In this document: positions 28,094 through 43,475 of the stretch, in pieces | Layout: each line of letters opens with the position of its first letter | Position numbering within the stretch: position 1 is the stretch's first letter | Assembly: GCF_009914755.1 (NCBI RefSeq) | Contig: NC_060932.1 | Strand: one strand, 5' to 3' | Source of the DNA: the human T2T-CHM13v2.0 reference genome, Homo sapiens | Length of the DNA: 64,000 nt | Notes under the pieces: generated by a model | Databases searched by the model: none | What the model was told of the DNA's origin: nothing | The model's input: only the letters and a program-made list of their open reading frames with translations | Position numbers and translations under genes: made by a program

Positions 28094-28808
28094 TGCCATT
28101 CAACTTTTATTATAAATAAGAATTAAAAGAAAAGACAGCCCCTGAGAAGAACTAAAGCATTGTATGGGCCACACTTGTGTGCTTACAAAATGCACACACA
28201 CAAATACGTGGTGAATAAAATACCCATCTCTCTGAGCAACGGCATCCCACTTCCTTAAACTCTCCTCCATTAGGATTAAGATGCTTGGAGGTGGGGAAAT
28301 GTGTGTGGGTGCTGCTGCTTCCCTGATCCCTTTTTTGAAAATAAAGGAATGGAGGATCGGGGTCCTCTCACGGGCAGGTGTGTTTCAGCTCCCAAGGCCT
28401 CCGGCAATGGGGGTAGCCAGGGAGACCAAGGGTGTCAACTAGGGGAAGAGAAAGTTGAACTAGAATGAAGAGAGGAAACCAAGTCCTGCAGTGCCCGGGC
28501 TCCGGCCTCAGGGTGTCGGGCCAGCATGGCCCTGAGGATAACACTGCCCAGAAGGATCCTCACGGAGGGGCAGGGGACAAAGCAACACAGGACACCAGCT
28601 ACATTCTGAGAAGAGCGGAAAAGAGATTATGAAACTCCCTGATGGCCCAATACGGAAAACGGGGATTTGCTTCTCTAATGCCACAGAAATGCATCCAGAA
28701 AATACTAATTTTTTACTCTGATTTATTTATGATTGCGAAGGAAAGGCATGTTGATTTCCGGCTCTCTGTGATGTGCTTTTGTTGATGGAACTTTTTTTTG
28801 AGACAATA

Positions 28809-29249
28809 CAATTGACCCTTGAGCAACATGGGTTTGAACTGCGTAAGTCTACTTAAATATTCAGGTTTTCTTCCGCCTCTGCCATCCCTGAGACAGCAGA
28901 GCCAACCCCTCCTCCTCCTCAGCTCGCTCAGTGTAAAGAAGATGAGGATGAAGACATTTATGATGATCTACTTCCACTTAAGGAATACTAAATATATATA
29001 TTTTTCTTCCTCATGACTTTCTTAATAACATTTTTCTCCAGCTTATTTTATTGTAAGAATACAGTATATAATACATGTAACATACAAAATTCGTGTTAAT
29101 CAGCTGTTTACATATGGGGAAGGCTTCTAGTCAACAGTAGGCCGTGAGTAGTTAAGTTTTGGGGGAGTACAAAGTTATACACATATTTTTGACTGTGCAG
29201 GAAGTGGAGACTAGTGCCCTTAACCCCTGCATTGTTCAAGGGTCAACTG
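28809..29249 (+). mobile_element. Tigger2a (MER28), full length
   Basis: TIRs caattgacccttgagcaac / ttgttcaagggtcaactg with TA target duplication. Confidence 0.9.
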
Positions 29250-29263
29250 TATATCACACATTA

Positions 29264-29596
<333 letters not shown>

Positions 29597-29864
29597 TTAT
29601 TTGAGGAAGTCTGCATTTTTCTCAAGCAGTTCTTACCAGCTCCAATGAGAATCATGCCAGAGGAACACAGCGGCATTCTTGTATTTGTCAGTGTTGGTTG
29701 TGTGGCCCTGGGCATTGCTAGATACTGGGATAAAGATGGGTAAGACAGAGCCTGGGTCCTCAAGGAACTTAACAGCCAACAGGAAGGGGAAGATAAATAC
29801 TCAATGAGGAAGGAAAGAAGTGTGTGAAGAAGGAGGAAGAGGTGGTTACATTCTTGGAATAGCT

Positions 29865-30230
29865 TGCATACTCAAAACTCTCCAGTGGCTCCCATCTTGT
29901 TCTGAGTAAAAGCCAATGGCCTTTTACTGAGATGGCCTCCAAGGCCCTGCTTCAATGGCCTCCAAGGCCCTGCTCCACCTGCCTGGCTCTTTTCCTCTCA
30001 GGCCTCATCTCCTCCTCTCTCACTGCTCTCTTTTTCCCCTTCTTCCCTCCAGCAAGCCAGCCACAGTGGCCTTCTGCCAGACACAGCAGCCTCAGAGGCT
30101 TTAAACTTGCTGTTCCTGCTGGAACACTCTCCCAGGGACGGCTCAGGATGGCTTCCTAACCCCCTTCAGGCCTTTGTTCGGCCATCACCTCCCTGTGAGG
30201 CTCTCCTCCCACCCCAACATACTGCATTAT
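29865..30230. mobile_element. L2 remnant
   Basis: ctcaaaactctccagtggctcccatc...cttgctgttcctgctggaacactctccc. Confidence 0.65.
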
Positions 30231-30239
30231 TCCTTCCTG

Positions 30240-30790
30240 CATCACAAACCCCCCAAAAGCATTTGGGGGACCCTCAGGGGCCCATGGACCCCACTTTTTG
30301 AGAACCACTGAACTGCAATTCTCTCGAGGAGACTTGTTTAAATCCAACTCCACTGCCTGCCCCTTAGAGATGCTGTTTTAGTGGCTCTGAAGAGGAGCCT
30401 GGAACTCTGCATTTTAACAAGCAGCTCAGAGCCAGGCACGGTGGTTCCACTTATAATCCTGGCACTTTCGGAGGCTGAGGCAGAAAAATCACTTGAAGCC
30501 AGGAGCTCAAGGCCAGCCTGGGCAACACAGTGAGATCCTGTCTCTACAAAAAAATTAGCGGGGCGTGGTAGTGTGTGCCTGTAGTCCTCGCAACTTGGGA
30601 GGCTGAGGCGGGAGGATCAGTTTCAGGCCAGGAGTTCAAGACTGCAGTGAGCCATGATCACACCTCTGTACTCCAGCCTCAGAGACAGAGTGAGACCCTG
30701 TCTCAAAATAAAAAATAAATACATATATAAAGCAGCTCAAGTGATTCTAATGGCTAACGATATGATCCAAGGCCACATTTTGCAACAATA
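30240..30790. mobile_element. MER5-family hAT MITE pieces split by AluJ
   Basis: cactttttgagaaccactg; ctctgcattttaacaagcagctc|aagtgattctaatg. Confidence 0.6.
30430..30718 (+). mobile_element. AluJ
   Basis: Dimer; TSD aagcagctca. Confidence 0.9.
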
Positions 30791-30897
30791 ATGGGAAGCC
30801 ATTGAAAGGCTTTTAAAGTGGGAGTGACAAAATTAAATCAGGCCTACAGGGAGCCCTAAGGGTCTTAATCCCAGAGAAAGATCCGAGGAATCTAAAT

Positions 30898-31422
30898 CAG
30901 GTGCCAGAAAACTACACCCTGGAAGGTGAAACCCTGCCTGCTACCTGCTTTTGTAATAAAGTTTTATTGGAACACACAACCACACCCGTTCTTTTATATA
31001 CTGTAATTGTCTATGGCTGCTTTTGTACTAGAATCGCAGGGTTGCATCGAGTAGTCTCCCCCCTTATCCAAGGGAGATATGTTCCAAGACCCCCAGTGGA
31101 TGCCTGAAATTGAGGCTAGATATATACTATGTTTTTTCCTATACGTATGTACCTATGATAAAGTTTAACTTATAAATTAGGCACAAAAACAATAGTACGA
31201 GATGAACAACAACAATAATAAAATAGAAGAATTATAGCAATATACTGTGATAAAATATTTTATCGTACTATACTCACCTATTTTTGGATTGAGGCCAGTT
31301 AATCGCAGAAAGCAAAACCATGGAGAAGAGGGGAACTACTGTAGTTACAACAGAGAGTGTGAGGTTGGCAAAGCAAGAAATAATTACCTGACACTTTCCA
31401 GAAAGAGTTTGCTGACCTCCAG
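30898..31422 (+). mobile_element. MER58A hosting MER44A
   Basis: ttttgtaataaagttttattggaacac...gtctatggctgcttt and agtttgctgacctcc. Confidence 0.75.
31048..31342 (+). mobile_element. MER44A (Tigger MITE)
   Basis: agtagtc..cccttatcca...gttccaagacccccagtggatgcctgaaa...gggaactactgta. Confidence 0.8.
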
Positions 31423-31779
31423 TCTAAAGCAAGAGCTGGAAGGCAGGGAGAAAAAGTGACCAGTATTTAGAGACAGGATTAGAGGAGTGGGTGGGATGCA
31501 GTGGGGGTGGGAAGGGAGCTGAGCCCCTGAGGATGGGTCCTGACTTTCCAGCTCAGCCCGCGGGGGAAGGTGACAGCAGCAGATGAGATACATGTTTTTG
31601 CAGGAAGAAGCCCAGAGTTGAGTGAGGATGGTAAGTATGTTTGGGAACACATGTTCCATATATTCTCCTGGCTTAATGTACAGCTTCATTGAGATTTTCT
31701 CTACTTTGTCCCTATTGGCTTGGTATTTACTTTCAGAAATAAGACTAATAGCTATAGCAGAGGAACCCTAGGCACTAAG

Positions 31780-31920
31780 AGAAAATGTGTTATCTCATTC
31801 ATCCTCATCACCCTAATGAAAAGGTACAGTCATTTCCATTTTACAGACCAGAAACATGAGGTTTATTGGTTAAATGACTTGCCCAAGGACAGATCTGTCA
31901 GACTCTAGAGTTCTTAACAC
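31780..31920 (-). mobile_element. MIR
   Basis: tatctcattcatcctca...ccattttacaga...ggttaaatgacttgcccaagg. Confidence 0.65.
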
Positions 31921-32759
31921 CGCCTTTTGTAAACCCGAAGATCCGCATACTTTGTATGGTTTACAAAAGCAATTTTTAAAAGGCCACTGCTGAGTACAGG
32001 TAATGGAGGATTCTGTTGTTGGTGTGTTTCTGTCCAGAGTTTGCCTGTACCCTTTGCTTCCTGTTTCTAAGTCAGTTTCTGATCCATACCAAAACATTAC
32101 ACTTAATCCCATCTACAGTAACGGAATATTTTTATTACTAGTTGTTGTGGAGCCTCGCCAAGGCTTTTGATAAGCTAAATAAAATAGACTACATCCATTG
32201 GTGATTTATTCCCTCTCATTGATTCCTTCAAAGCTGGAGTAGGGGATGAGCCTCAGAGCAAGGGAAAGTTCTGCCATCAAGGTCTAATCCTCGGTGCCCC
32301 CCACAGCAGCATCGGGGCAAGCACTTTATAAAGGAGATGAAATGCCCCCCAAGCTGGTGATGGTCCCACTGAGTTTCAGCACAAACTCCACTTTCATCAC
32401 ATTAAAGCCTGAGTTTATTTCCCAGCCAAGAGGAAGAAAAAAGAAATATTACTCAGATACTCCATTTCTTTTCCACCTTAGCTAAACAGCACTGCAAAGC
32501 TGCTACCAAGCAGTAAAATAATGAAAAGAACTGGATTTATTTGCCAGGTTACTTCAAGAAAGGCCATAGAAAAATCTCTCGATAACCTGGGATTACTTTC
32601 CTACAAAAGATCAAGACTGAAAATAAAGGAGAAGGTCGTAACAGGAAAAACAGTAAATAATATTTGTTTAAATAACACAGTAAATGATAGTTCTAGAAGA
32701 TATCCACTTCCAAATTTGTTACTGTTAAGAGCCTGCCCCAATCGCTGACTCCTCCCCTA

Positions 32760-33200
32760 ATCTCATCCCTTCCTGGCTTCTCACTGCAAATAAAATGAAA
32801 TTTGAATTCCATACTGTGGCCTTCGATCCCCTAACGATCTGGCCCTGGTCTCCACATTGGCTTCTGTGGGATCCTCAAGGCTGTGTCTTCTCCACCTCAA
32901 GCCTCTGACCCTCGGACCTCTGTCTGAAACACTCTCTCTTGCTCTTCATTCTCTGGGTCTTGGCTCCAGCTGGACTCCTGGAGAGGCTGTCCGGAAGTGC
33001 TCAGTCTCTCAGCACTCTCGGTTTTCTTCCCTTGTAGCATTTATGACAATCGAAATATCTTGTTTCCGTGTTGGTTTAATTGTCTCTCTTTTGTCCGCCC
33101 CACTAGAATGCAAATTCCCTAAAGTTAGAAACTGTGTTTGCTTTTCTTCTGATAGGTTTTGACTAGAATAATGTTGGGCACATATTAGGCATTCAAAAAC
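32760..33200. mobile_element. L2 3' remnant
   Basis: cccactagaatgcaaattcc...ggcacatattaggcattcaa. Confidence 0.6.
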
Positions 33201-33658
33201 TCTTAGCTGAAATTCCACACCTTTGCCCTTACGTTTTATTTTGTCTCATTTTTGTAAGTCTTTGAAAATATCTGTGTGATGTTTCCCAAATTAGTCTGTA
33301 AGTTTAAAACAGTTTTAATCAAAATCCCAACATAGTTTTTCATAGCCCTTGACAAACCAATTGTAAAATTCACAAAGAAGAGTAAATGTTTAAGAATAAC
33401 CAAGATAATTGTCCCAAAGGGAAGTGGAGTAAAGATTTACTGCATGAGAGATCAAGACACATTACAAAGCTAAGGTAATTAAAACAGCATGGGATTGGCA
33501 CAGGAACAAATAAAAAACATAGATCAGGAGTATGGACATGGGACGTTGGTGCATGGTAGAGTTGATGTTTCAAATCAGTAGGGAAAGAGCAGATTATTCA
33601 ATAAGTGGAGCTGGGACAGTTGACTAGCTGTGTGAAAGAAACAAAAATCATCTTGCAT

Positions 33659-33660
<2 letters not shown>

Positions 33661-33696
<36 letters not shown>
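33661..33696 (+). repeat. (CA)18 microsatellite
   Basis: Direct read. Confidence 0.97.
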
Positions 33697-33700
<4 letters not shown>

Positions 33701-33708
33701 TCAGATGG

Positions 33709-33803
33709 CTTAAGAGCTGAGTGTAAAAAATAAAACATTAAAATTATTACTAAGAGAAAAAATTATTAGAAAATATAGAAATTATCATTATGATCTTAGC
33801 AAT
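33709..33803 (+). repeat. 95-bp direct repeat, copy 1 (copy 2 at 35057-35151)
   Basis: Manual alignment gives 4 mismatches in 95 nt. Confidence 0.95.
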
Positions 33804-33949
33804 ACTCTGGAAGTAATATTAGGGAAGCCTTACTAATCTAAGGCCCCAAAAATGCAAACTATAGAGAAAAAAATGATTTTGACTACATCAAAATTAAGTC
33901 TTCTCTCCAACAAAAGGCATCATAAAAAATGTCAAAATTTTAGCAACAT

Positions 33950-34240
<291 letters not shown>

Positions 34241-35056
34241 TTGCAACTTGGTGAGAATTTTTTTTTTTTTACATTTTATGAAACAAAGGACTAGGAAAAA
34301 AGTAGGAATGTAAATTAATAAGAAAGAGACCATCAAATTTAAAAATGATCATATAATATATATAGTTTTAAGATGGAAATGTAAATGACCAATAGAGACA
34401 TAAGTTACTCAGTCTCCTTAGCAAACAGGGAAATGCAAATAAAACAATGAGATGCTAGTTCACACCTATGGGACTGGCAACATTTAAGTCTGATATTATG
34501 TAGTGCTGGTGAAGATGTGGGCAAAGAGAGATCTTCAATTGAAATGTTTCAATTGTAGGTTAGCACACTCTGCTCTTTGGGGACAGCAATTTAACTGTAT
34601 CTGTTATAATTAGAGTTCCTACTCCACCACCCAGCAATTACACTTCTAGGCATCTTCTTTAAAGAGACCTGAGCACAAAGAGGTACATGGAAGACTGTCA
34701 ATGCAGCATTGCTTGTTAATGTGAAAATTGTAAATGTATATCATGAAGGCAAATGTCTAAATAAGAAAATACACAGTACATTAAGAGAAATGAATCAGGT
34801 CTATAGGGATTAATATAGATAACCCTCAAAACCTATTACTAGGTGATAAAAACAACTTTCAAATTATGTATACAGTGTGGTAATCATTTATACAAAGACG
34901 CCCACATGAAACAATACTATGCATTTTCTGGGGTGCATATAAATGCATGCAAAGTGGTGAAAGTGGTCTGGCTGTATACCCACCAGTTCATGACCATGGT
35001 TTCTCCTGGAGAGAGGAGGAGTGTGGTAAGATTGTGGCAAGGTGCTTGAAGAGCAC

Positions 35057-35151
35057 CTTAAGAGCTAAGTGTAAAAAATAAAACATTAAAATTATTATTA
35101 AGAGAAAAAATTATTAGAAAATGTAGAAATTATCATTATGATCTTAGTAAT
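35057..35151 (+). repeat. 95-bp direct repeat, copy 2
   Basis: Matches 33709-33803. Confidence 0.95.
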
Positions 35152-35309
35152 GTGCAGTGCTATGTGTAGAAGAATGTATTCATCTATCTCTTGTGTAATT
35201 GAAATGTTTAGTAAAAAATACTTTGTATTTAAGAAAATAAACTAGTCCTCCATGAGCTGGGTACATAAATTGAGAGTAACCCATTAGAAAATTGTATTGT
35301 GATTTGACA

Positions 35310-35735
35310 TTGCCTCAACATTCAATCTCATGATCAGTGGGCTCATCTGGAGAGCTTAGACCAGCCGTTAAGCTCAGCAAGAGTTTTCCCCAGCTGGGGA
35401 CACAAGAGAAAGGTCAAGAGATTCCAAGTGAGAGCAGGATTCAACGCATTGTTCATGTGAAGATGGAGTGGGCACGTGAGAAAGAATGTGAATGGCCTTT
35501 AGTGGCTGAGAGAAGGTCCTGGATGATGGCCAGCAACAAAACAGAAACTTCAGTCCTGCAACCACAAGGAGCAGAACTCTGCCAACGGCCTGAATGAGCC
35601 TGAAAGCAATTCTCTCCCTGAGCCTTGAGATAAGCCCAGCTGGCATCTTGATTTCAGCCTTGTGATACCCAGTGGAGCCCACCTGGCCTTCTGACCTATG
35701 GAACAGTGTGCTAGTAAATGAGTGTTATTTGGAAA
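35310..35735 (+). mobile_element. MLT1E-like LTR fragment
   Basis: cagtcctgcaaccacaagga...aactctgccaac..cctgaatgagc...cttgatttcagccttgtga. Confidence 0.7.
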
Positions 35736-35919
35736 AAAAGCAAAACAAAGCAAAAAAACTAGAGTAAAACACCATGATCAAGAATATGTTTTCCTGGGAT
35801 GGATCTTTCCCAAATATTAGGAAGTTGGTACCCACATAGGCCCTCCTTCAGCTCTGTTTTCTTTTGTTTAAGCCTGTGGTTCTTAACTGGTATGGAGAAG
35901 AGGTGGGGAGTGCTCCCTT

Positions 35920-36120
35920 CCCAGGGGATGGTTAAACATGCTTTTAGGAAAAAAAAAATTGTAGGCATTTGAGATTGTCACAATGACTGGGGGAGGTCGC
36001 TTCTGCCACTTACTGTGAGCATTGAAGAAGCTAAACCCTAAACATCTCGTAATGCAGGCACTATGCTGCCCCATGAACGGTCTTGCCATTTATGAAAAAC
36101 GTTGGCTTTAGGTGAACCAA
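35920..36120. mobile_element. MER20-like hAT remnant
   Basis: ggcattt...ttgtcacaatgactgggg...ctaaacatc..gtaatgca. Confidence 0.5.
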
Positions 36121-37329
36121 ACTGAAACTCACATATGTAAAAAGGTCTGGGATTTTCTTTTTTTCTTTTTTCAAATCCACAAATGTAAAATTGGTTGGAG
36201 AGGGCCTATGAAACATTTCCACACAGGCTGCTCCTCTGTGCAGTTGGGGCCTTATCATCATCTAATAAGACTTAATAGTGGCTGAGCCAAGCTTACACAT
36301 CGCTCAAAATCAACGGGAAGGAGGAAGGGTTAGTGCCATTGGCAGCCGATAGCACACCCAAATTACAGTCCTGTTTACTTGTGGGTCGGTGTGAATTTAT
36401 GAGGAAGGCCACAGGCAGGGCGTGAAACAATGAGCTGCTGCTTGTGGTGTAATAGATTTGCTGCTGAATATGCGTTACTGGGAATGGAAACTGGAGTCTG
36501 GAGAAGGCACCACAATGTCCTGGGGTGCAGGGCAGTGTGTTGGCAGCCTGAACTCAGCCCCACAATAACTCAGCCCCCATGGGCAGTTGGGCCAGAGAGA
36601 TTTATAGACCCCAAGGAACTCGTGCGACCAAGGTTGCTCAAAGGAGGCAATACATTGTGAGATTCTGACTGTCAAATAACATGTTGGGGTTTCTTCAGTG
36701 GTCCCAAGACTTAGAGATTACATCTTTAACACATCAATAACTTAGCCTCTGGTTAGCAAGGCTCACTGGGGCATGACTAATCAGTAGATGAAAGTGTCTT
36801 TGTGGGGATTAACTTTAATGAAAAGAAAAAGGATAGTTATTTGGGGAGTTTGAAATCTTCCATAAATCAAAGGGAACACTGACAAAGCAGGTTCATAAGG
36901 TAAGAATGAAGCCATTGTGGGGAAGATTAAGGAACAGCTACTTTTTATATAAATCACAGATCAGGGCTACATTGGTTGAGGATTCCATGGGAACAGGATT
37001 GTTTGACTTCTTCAGGTGTAAAGGGGTGATACTTGGGGAAGCTCTGCTCTCCTTAAGGAAAAGCAGATGTCCTGTGTCATTAACACCTTCCTATTGGCTT
37101 CCAGAATATCTGGCAACTGGCTAATTAAATATTTGAGGGAGTGATCTCCACTTATTCCAAATGCAGCTTTCAAAATACATCCTGAACCCATCCCTTACTA
37201 AAGGGCCCTGTAATTCAAAGTCTATCCAGGAAACCATGGGAATGACTCCACGCAGCCCATGGACTAGATAAGAAAGATGATTCTCTGTCTCCCTGAGAGC
37301 CATAAGAATGAACCAGAGATGGTCTCCCC

Positions 37330-38000
37330 CGTAATCAAGTGATCAAGTTTACTCCACCAGTAATGGCTGACATCATGACCCTCTGTGGGGTGCACTGAGA
37401 GGGACACATCACCAATGTCCTCTTCCTGCCAAAACTGTGTAACCTAAATCTCATCATGAGGAAACTACCAGATAAACCAGGTTCAGGTAAATTCTACTAA
37501 ACAACAGGTCTGTTCTCTTTTTTAAAATGCCAATTTCATAAAAGACAAAGAAAGTCTGAGGAACCATTCCAGGTGAAAGAGATAGGATGACTAAAATGCA
37601 AGGTGTCAACCTGGGTTGGATTCTTGTCAAGACAAAAAAGTATTCCCGTAAAACAGCATTGAGACCATTACTGAAATGTGCATATGACCCATGCTTTAGA
37701 TGATACTGCTATATCAATGTTAAATTCCTGACTTTCATAATTGTATAGTGGTTATGTAACAGACTATCCTTGTTTCTAAGGGATACACATGGAAATATTT
37801 TGGGGTTAAAGTTCATGGTATCTGCAACTGACTTTCAAAAGGTTCAGAAAATTGTTTTCATATATGTAGAGAAGATGAGAGAGAGATACAGCAAAACATT
37901 AACTGACAATTGGTGAATCTAGATGAAAGGTATCCAGGAGTTTATTGTACTATTTTCCAACTTTTGTGTAGGTTTAAAATGTGTTCAAAATAAAAAGCAA
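37330..38000 (+). mobile_element. L1MC/L1ME 3' UTR fragment
   Basis: aacctaaatctcatcatgaggaaac...tatatcaatgttaaattcctga...aaaataaaaag. Confidence 0.75.
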
Positions 38001-38093
38001 AAAATGGAGCCAGGTATATTTAAGAACAGTAAATGCAGTGTAAATGCACAGAATATTCAAACAGCAAAAATGCAGTAAATGCATAGAATCTTA

Positions 38094-38679
<586 letters not shown>

Positions 38680-39172
38680 TTATTTCTAGGAGGGAGGAAG
38701 ATAGAAGAAGAAAGATGGGGCAACACCTGTTTAGAAAAGCAAAAGCGGTCCCATAAACCTCTGTGACGCAGTTTTAGGTAAATGTGTTCAAAACACATCT
38801 ATTCTCTGCTTACCCCTTCCTTTGACCATGAAATTACGGATGGTCACGTTTCAGAGAAAGAGTGATAACTAGAAGCCCAGAGGCTGGCATCAGTTCTGGT
38901 TCTGTTTTTCACTCTATAGATGTCACTCAACTTTTTCTGGGCCCCAATTTCCTCATTGCAAAATGAAAGAGCTTTAAACTGAATTATCTCAAGTTCCTTT
39001 CCAGCAATAACAATCTATGATTGGATAATCTTTCCTATTGTTTAAGGGTGCTTTTGTCTGAGGTTCACCAAACGCTGACTTAAACTGGCTTCAACAATTA
39101 GAAAATTTACTATCTCACGAAAGAGGAAGGCTGGGTAGGGCTGGATTCAGGGTGTTTGATTTAACTGCTTAA

Positions 39173-39487
<315 letters not shown>

Positions 39488-39714
39488 GTTCTTTCTGTTT
39501 CTTAGCTTCATCCCCATGCTGCTGATGTGGCTGTTCCCGGTAGTGGATCCAGATAAGACGATGTGCATAGGAAGGAACACAGTGTCGTGTCCTTAGTTTT
39601 CTTAGAGGAGATGGGTGATTTCCTCAGAAGCCTCCTAGCAGATTCTCTTATGTCTTATGAGACAGAATTGGTTTCTGTGTGGGTCCTGAACCATCATTGG
39701 CAAAGAGGACAGAA

Positions 39715-39956
39715 TTTCATACAGCAAAAGGGATGGAAATGACAAATAGGTACAAACTCTGTGTCCTCCCATGACAGAAGAGCAGAAGAGAGTAAACCCA
39801 CTCACTCAAGCCCTTTGACAAGGGCTCGAATCCTAATCCTATTCATGAGGGCTTTGCCCTCATCCCATCATTACCTCCTAAAGGCCCCACTTAATGCTCT
39901 CACATTGGCCATTAAGTTTCAACATACAAATTTTGGGAAGCACATTCAGACCATAT
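39715..39956 (-). mobile_element. MST-family LTR fragment
   Basis: aaggccccact...ggccattaagtttcaacat...cacattcagaccat. Confidence 0.7.
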
Positions 39957-40092
39957 TACCCCCCAAAAATTCACATGTTGAAATTCTAATCCCTCAAGGA
40001 GAGGGTATTAGGAGGTGGGGCCTTGGGGGGTGATTAAGTCATGGGGGTGGAGCCCTCATGACTGGGACTAGTGCCCTTATAAAGGAGACCCC

Positions 40093-40730
<638 letters not shown>

Positions 40731-41519
40731 TCACCATGTGAGAACATAGCTAGGAGTGTGCAAGCCAGGAGACGGCCCTCACCAGAACCCAAAGGTGCTG
40801 GCACCCTGATCTCGGACTTCCAGCCTCCAAAACTCTGAGAAATACATTTCCGTTGTTTACAAGCCACCCAATTTGTGGTGTTTTGTTATAGCAGTCCAAA
40901 CAGCATAAGACAAGGTCTATGTAGCCACAGGGGTAATTACGATGGTTGTTTTCATTTCTGTAATCTTTAGCTATATGATCTTATTCCTACACATTCGTTC
41001 TTCTTACTTGTATGATAAGAGCTACAAATTTTCCTTGAACATTAATGTTGAGTCCCTAGGGTGTCCCATCTCTAAGAGTCTCCCTTTTACATCTACGGGT
41101 TTTCTTACTCTAATCATTCTCTGCCTACCTCAAGAAACAAGTATCCTCTAGGAAAATCTGGGGCTCTTCTCCCTTAAAAATGACTTTCCTCATAGCCTAA
41201 TCAATATCCTTTCTATATTTGGTTTTGATACCTCTCAAGAGTACTTCGTGACTTGGGGTAAGTCTCAGTTTTCCATTTGTTAAATGGGGCTCAGAATGTC
41301 AACTTTATAGACTTGTAAGAATCAAATGTGATAATGTTTGTGGCAGTGCTTTGTAAACTCTTAAATTATATATTGATAAAAGTTATTACTAAAAGGAGGT
41401 TATATTATTAATTGTAGTGGTAGAAACCTTCAAAGAAGGGGCTTATCTTTGAGAAGATCAAAGTCTAATAGATGAAGGCCTGCCTTGATGTTATGCATAA
41501 GTGAAGTAGGTACTTCCTA

Positions 41520-41923
<404 letters not shown>

Positions 41924-43228
41924 TTAGCCTAAGTCTTTGGTTACTCTTCAAATACAAAAATTCAAGTTTCAGGGTTTTTTTGGGACAATAGTTTTTGGTA
42001 TGTATGTGCAGGCTATTTTGGAAGCACAGATGGCCTGCCACACTTGGAAATGGAGAGTTGGGAAGAAGTTAGAGAGAGGTCCCAAGGACCCTAATAGCCT
42101 GAGTGGATCCATGAAGAGAACAGCCACAGAATGGGGAGGCTGAGGGAGTGGCAACAATGCTGCCGTCATCATTTTGTCCTAAGTCGGCCCTGGCGCTAGC
42201 ACTGCCAGTAAAGCCTGAACTTCCGGAGTTCAGGTTCTAGTCCCAGCTCTGCTGCCAACTGGCTACATGACCTTGAGTATGGCACATACTTTGTCTCATT
42301 CCCCATTTAAGATCCTATTATATACCTTCCTTTTATAATTCTATGGCTAACTAGGAGTCCTTTGAGGCCCTCCTACTACAGGGCAACTATATTCTGCATT
42401 AAACACACCCTTTGATTATTGTTGCTCCCAAGAAGTAAGTGAAGCTTCCCAGGCCCCATCTACCCTAGCTCAAGCTATGGATGCTAGGAGCTGGGACCAG
42501 AAGAGTAGGCAGATCTTAATGGTAGATTGCCATGAGTGTAGATTCCTGAGTTTTGGGCCCGAAGATATGTAGGGAAGCTGAACCTTGGATTTCAGTGCTG
42601 AGCTGAGACTCTTTATGTACCATAGTGCCTGGTAGAAGCAGGACTCGAACCTGAGCACCAGAAACCCAGGTTTTGCTGGTGGTGCTGGTGCCAGAAGCAA
42701 CTTGGGTCAAAATGGCAATGTCAGCACTGTTTCAGTCCCCTCAGCCTCCCCATTACGATCTTTCTCTTCATGAAGCAAAATCCTTTCTTGAAGAAATATT
42801 GCTCAGTTTAGACCTGCCAGATTCCCAGAGAATAAGAACAATGAGCTCACAATCAAAAACCAGTAAGTACGTGAGAAGATAAACCACTCTCAGTGGAGTA
42901 AACAGAAACTATAAACAACAGATTTTTGGACCACAAGGACTAAAAATATTGGAATTGTGAAATATGTATAAAATGTTTTTTAAAATAAAGACTGCAGTCA
43001 CAAAGATAAGTAATAATCGATATCAGGACAAGACAGATTTTGAAATAAATATATAACTTCTAAAAATTAAAAATATAAAATTTTAAATATAAAGCCTAAT
43101 GGAAGAGTTAAATATCAGACTAGACACACCTGAAGAGAGAATTTGTTAAATGAATGCTATGTTGGAAGAAATTATGCAGAATGCAAGGCAAAGAAAGATT
43201 GTCAGACTGGATTAAAAATGCAAGAATA

Positions 43229-43373
43229 GGCTGGGCACAGTGGTTTGTGCCTGTGATCCCAGCACTTGGGGAGGCTGAGGCAGGAGGATCACTTGAGCCC
43301 AGGAGTTCAAGAACAGTTTGCACAACATAGTAGGACCCCATTTCTACAAAAAAAAATTAAAAATTAGCCAGGC
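43229..43373 (+). mobile_element. AluJ left arm and linker
   Basis: ggctgggcacagtgg...aaaaattagccagg. Confidence 0.9.
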
Positions 43374-43375
43374 TA

Positions 43376-43475
43376 ATGTTGCCCAGGCTGGTCTTGAACA
43401 CCTGGGCTCAAGTGATCCTCCTGCCTCAGCTTCCCCAAGGGCTGGAATCACAGGCATGAGCTACTGTGCCTGGCC
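43376..43475 (-). mobile_element. AluJ left arm, inverted and fused to the previous arm
   Basis: atgttgcccaggctggtc...gtgcctggcc. Confidence 0.9.
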
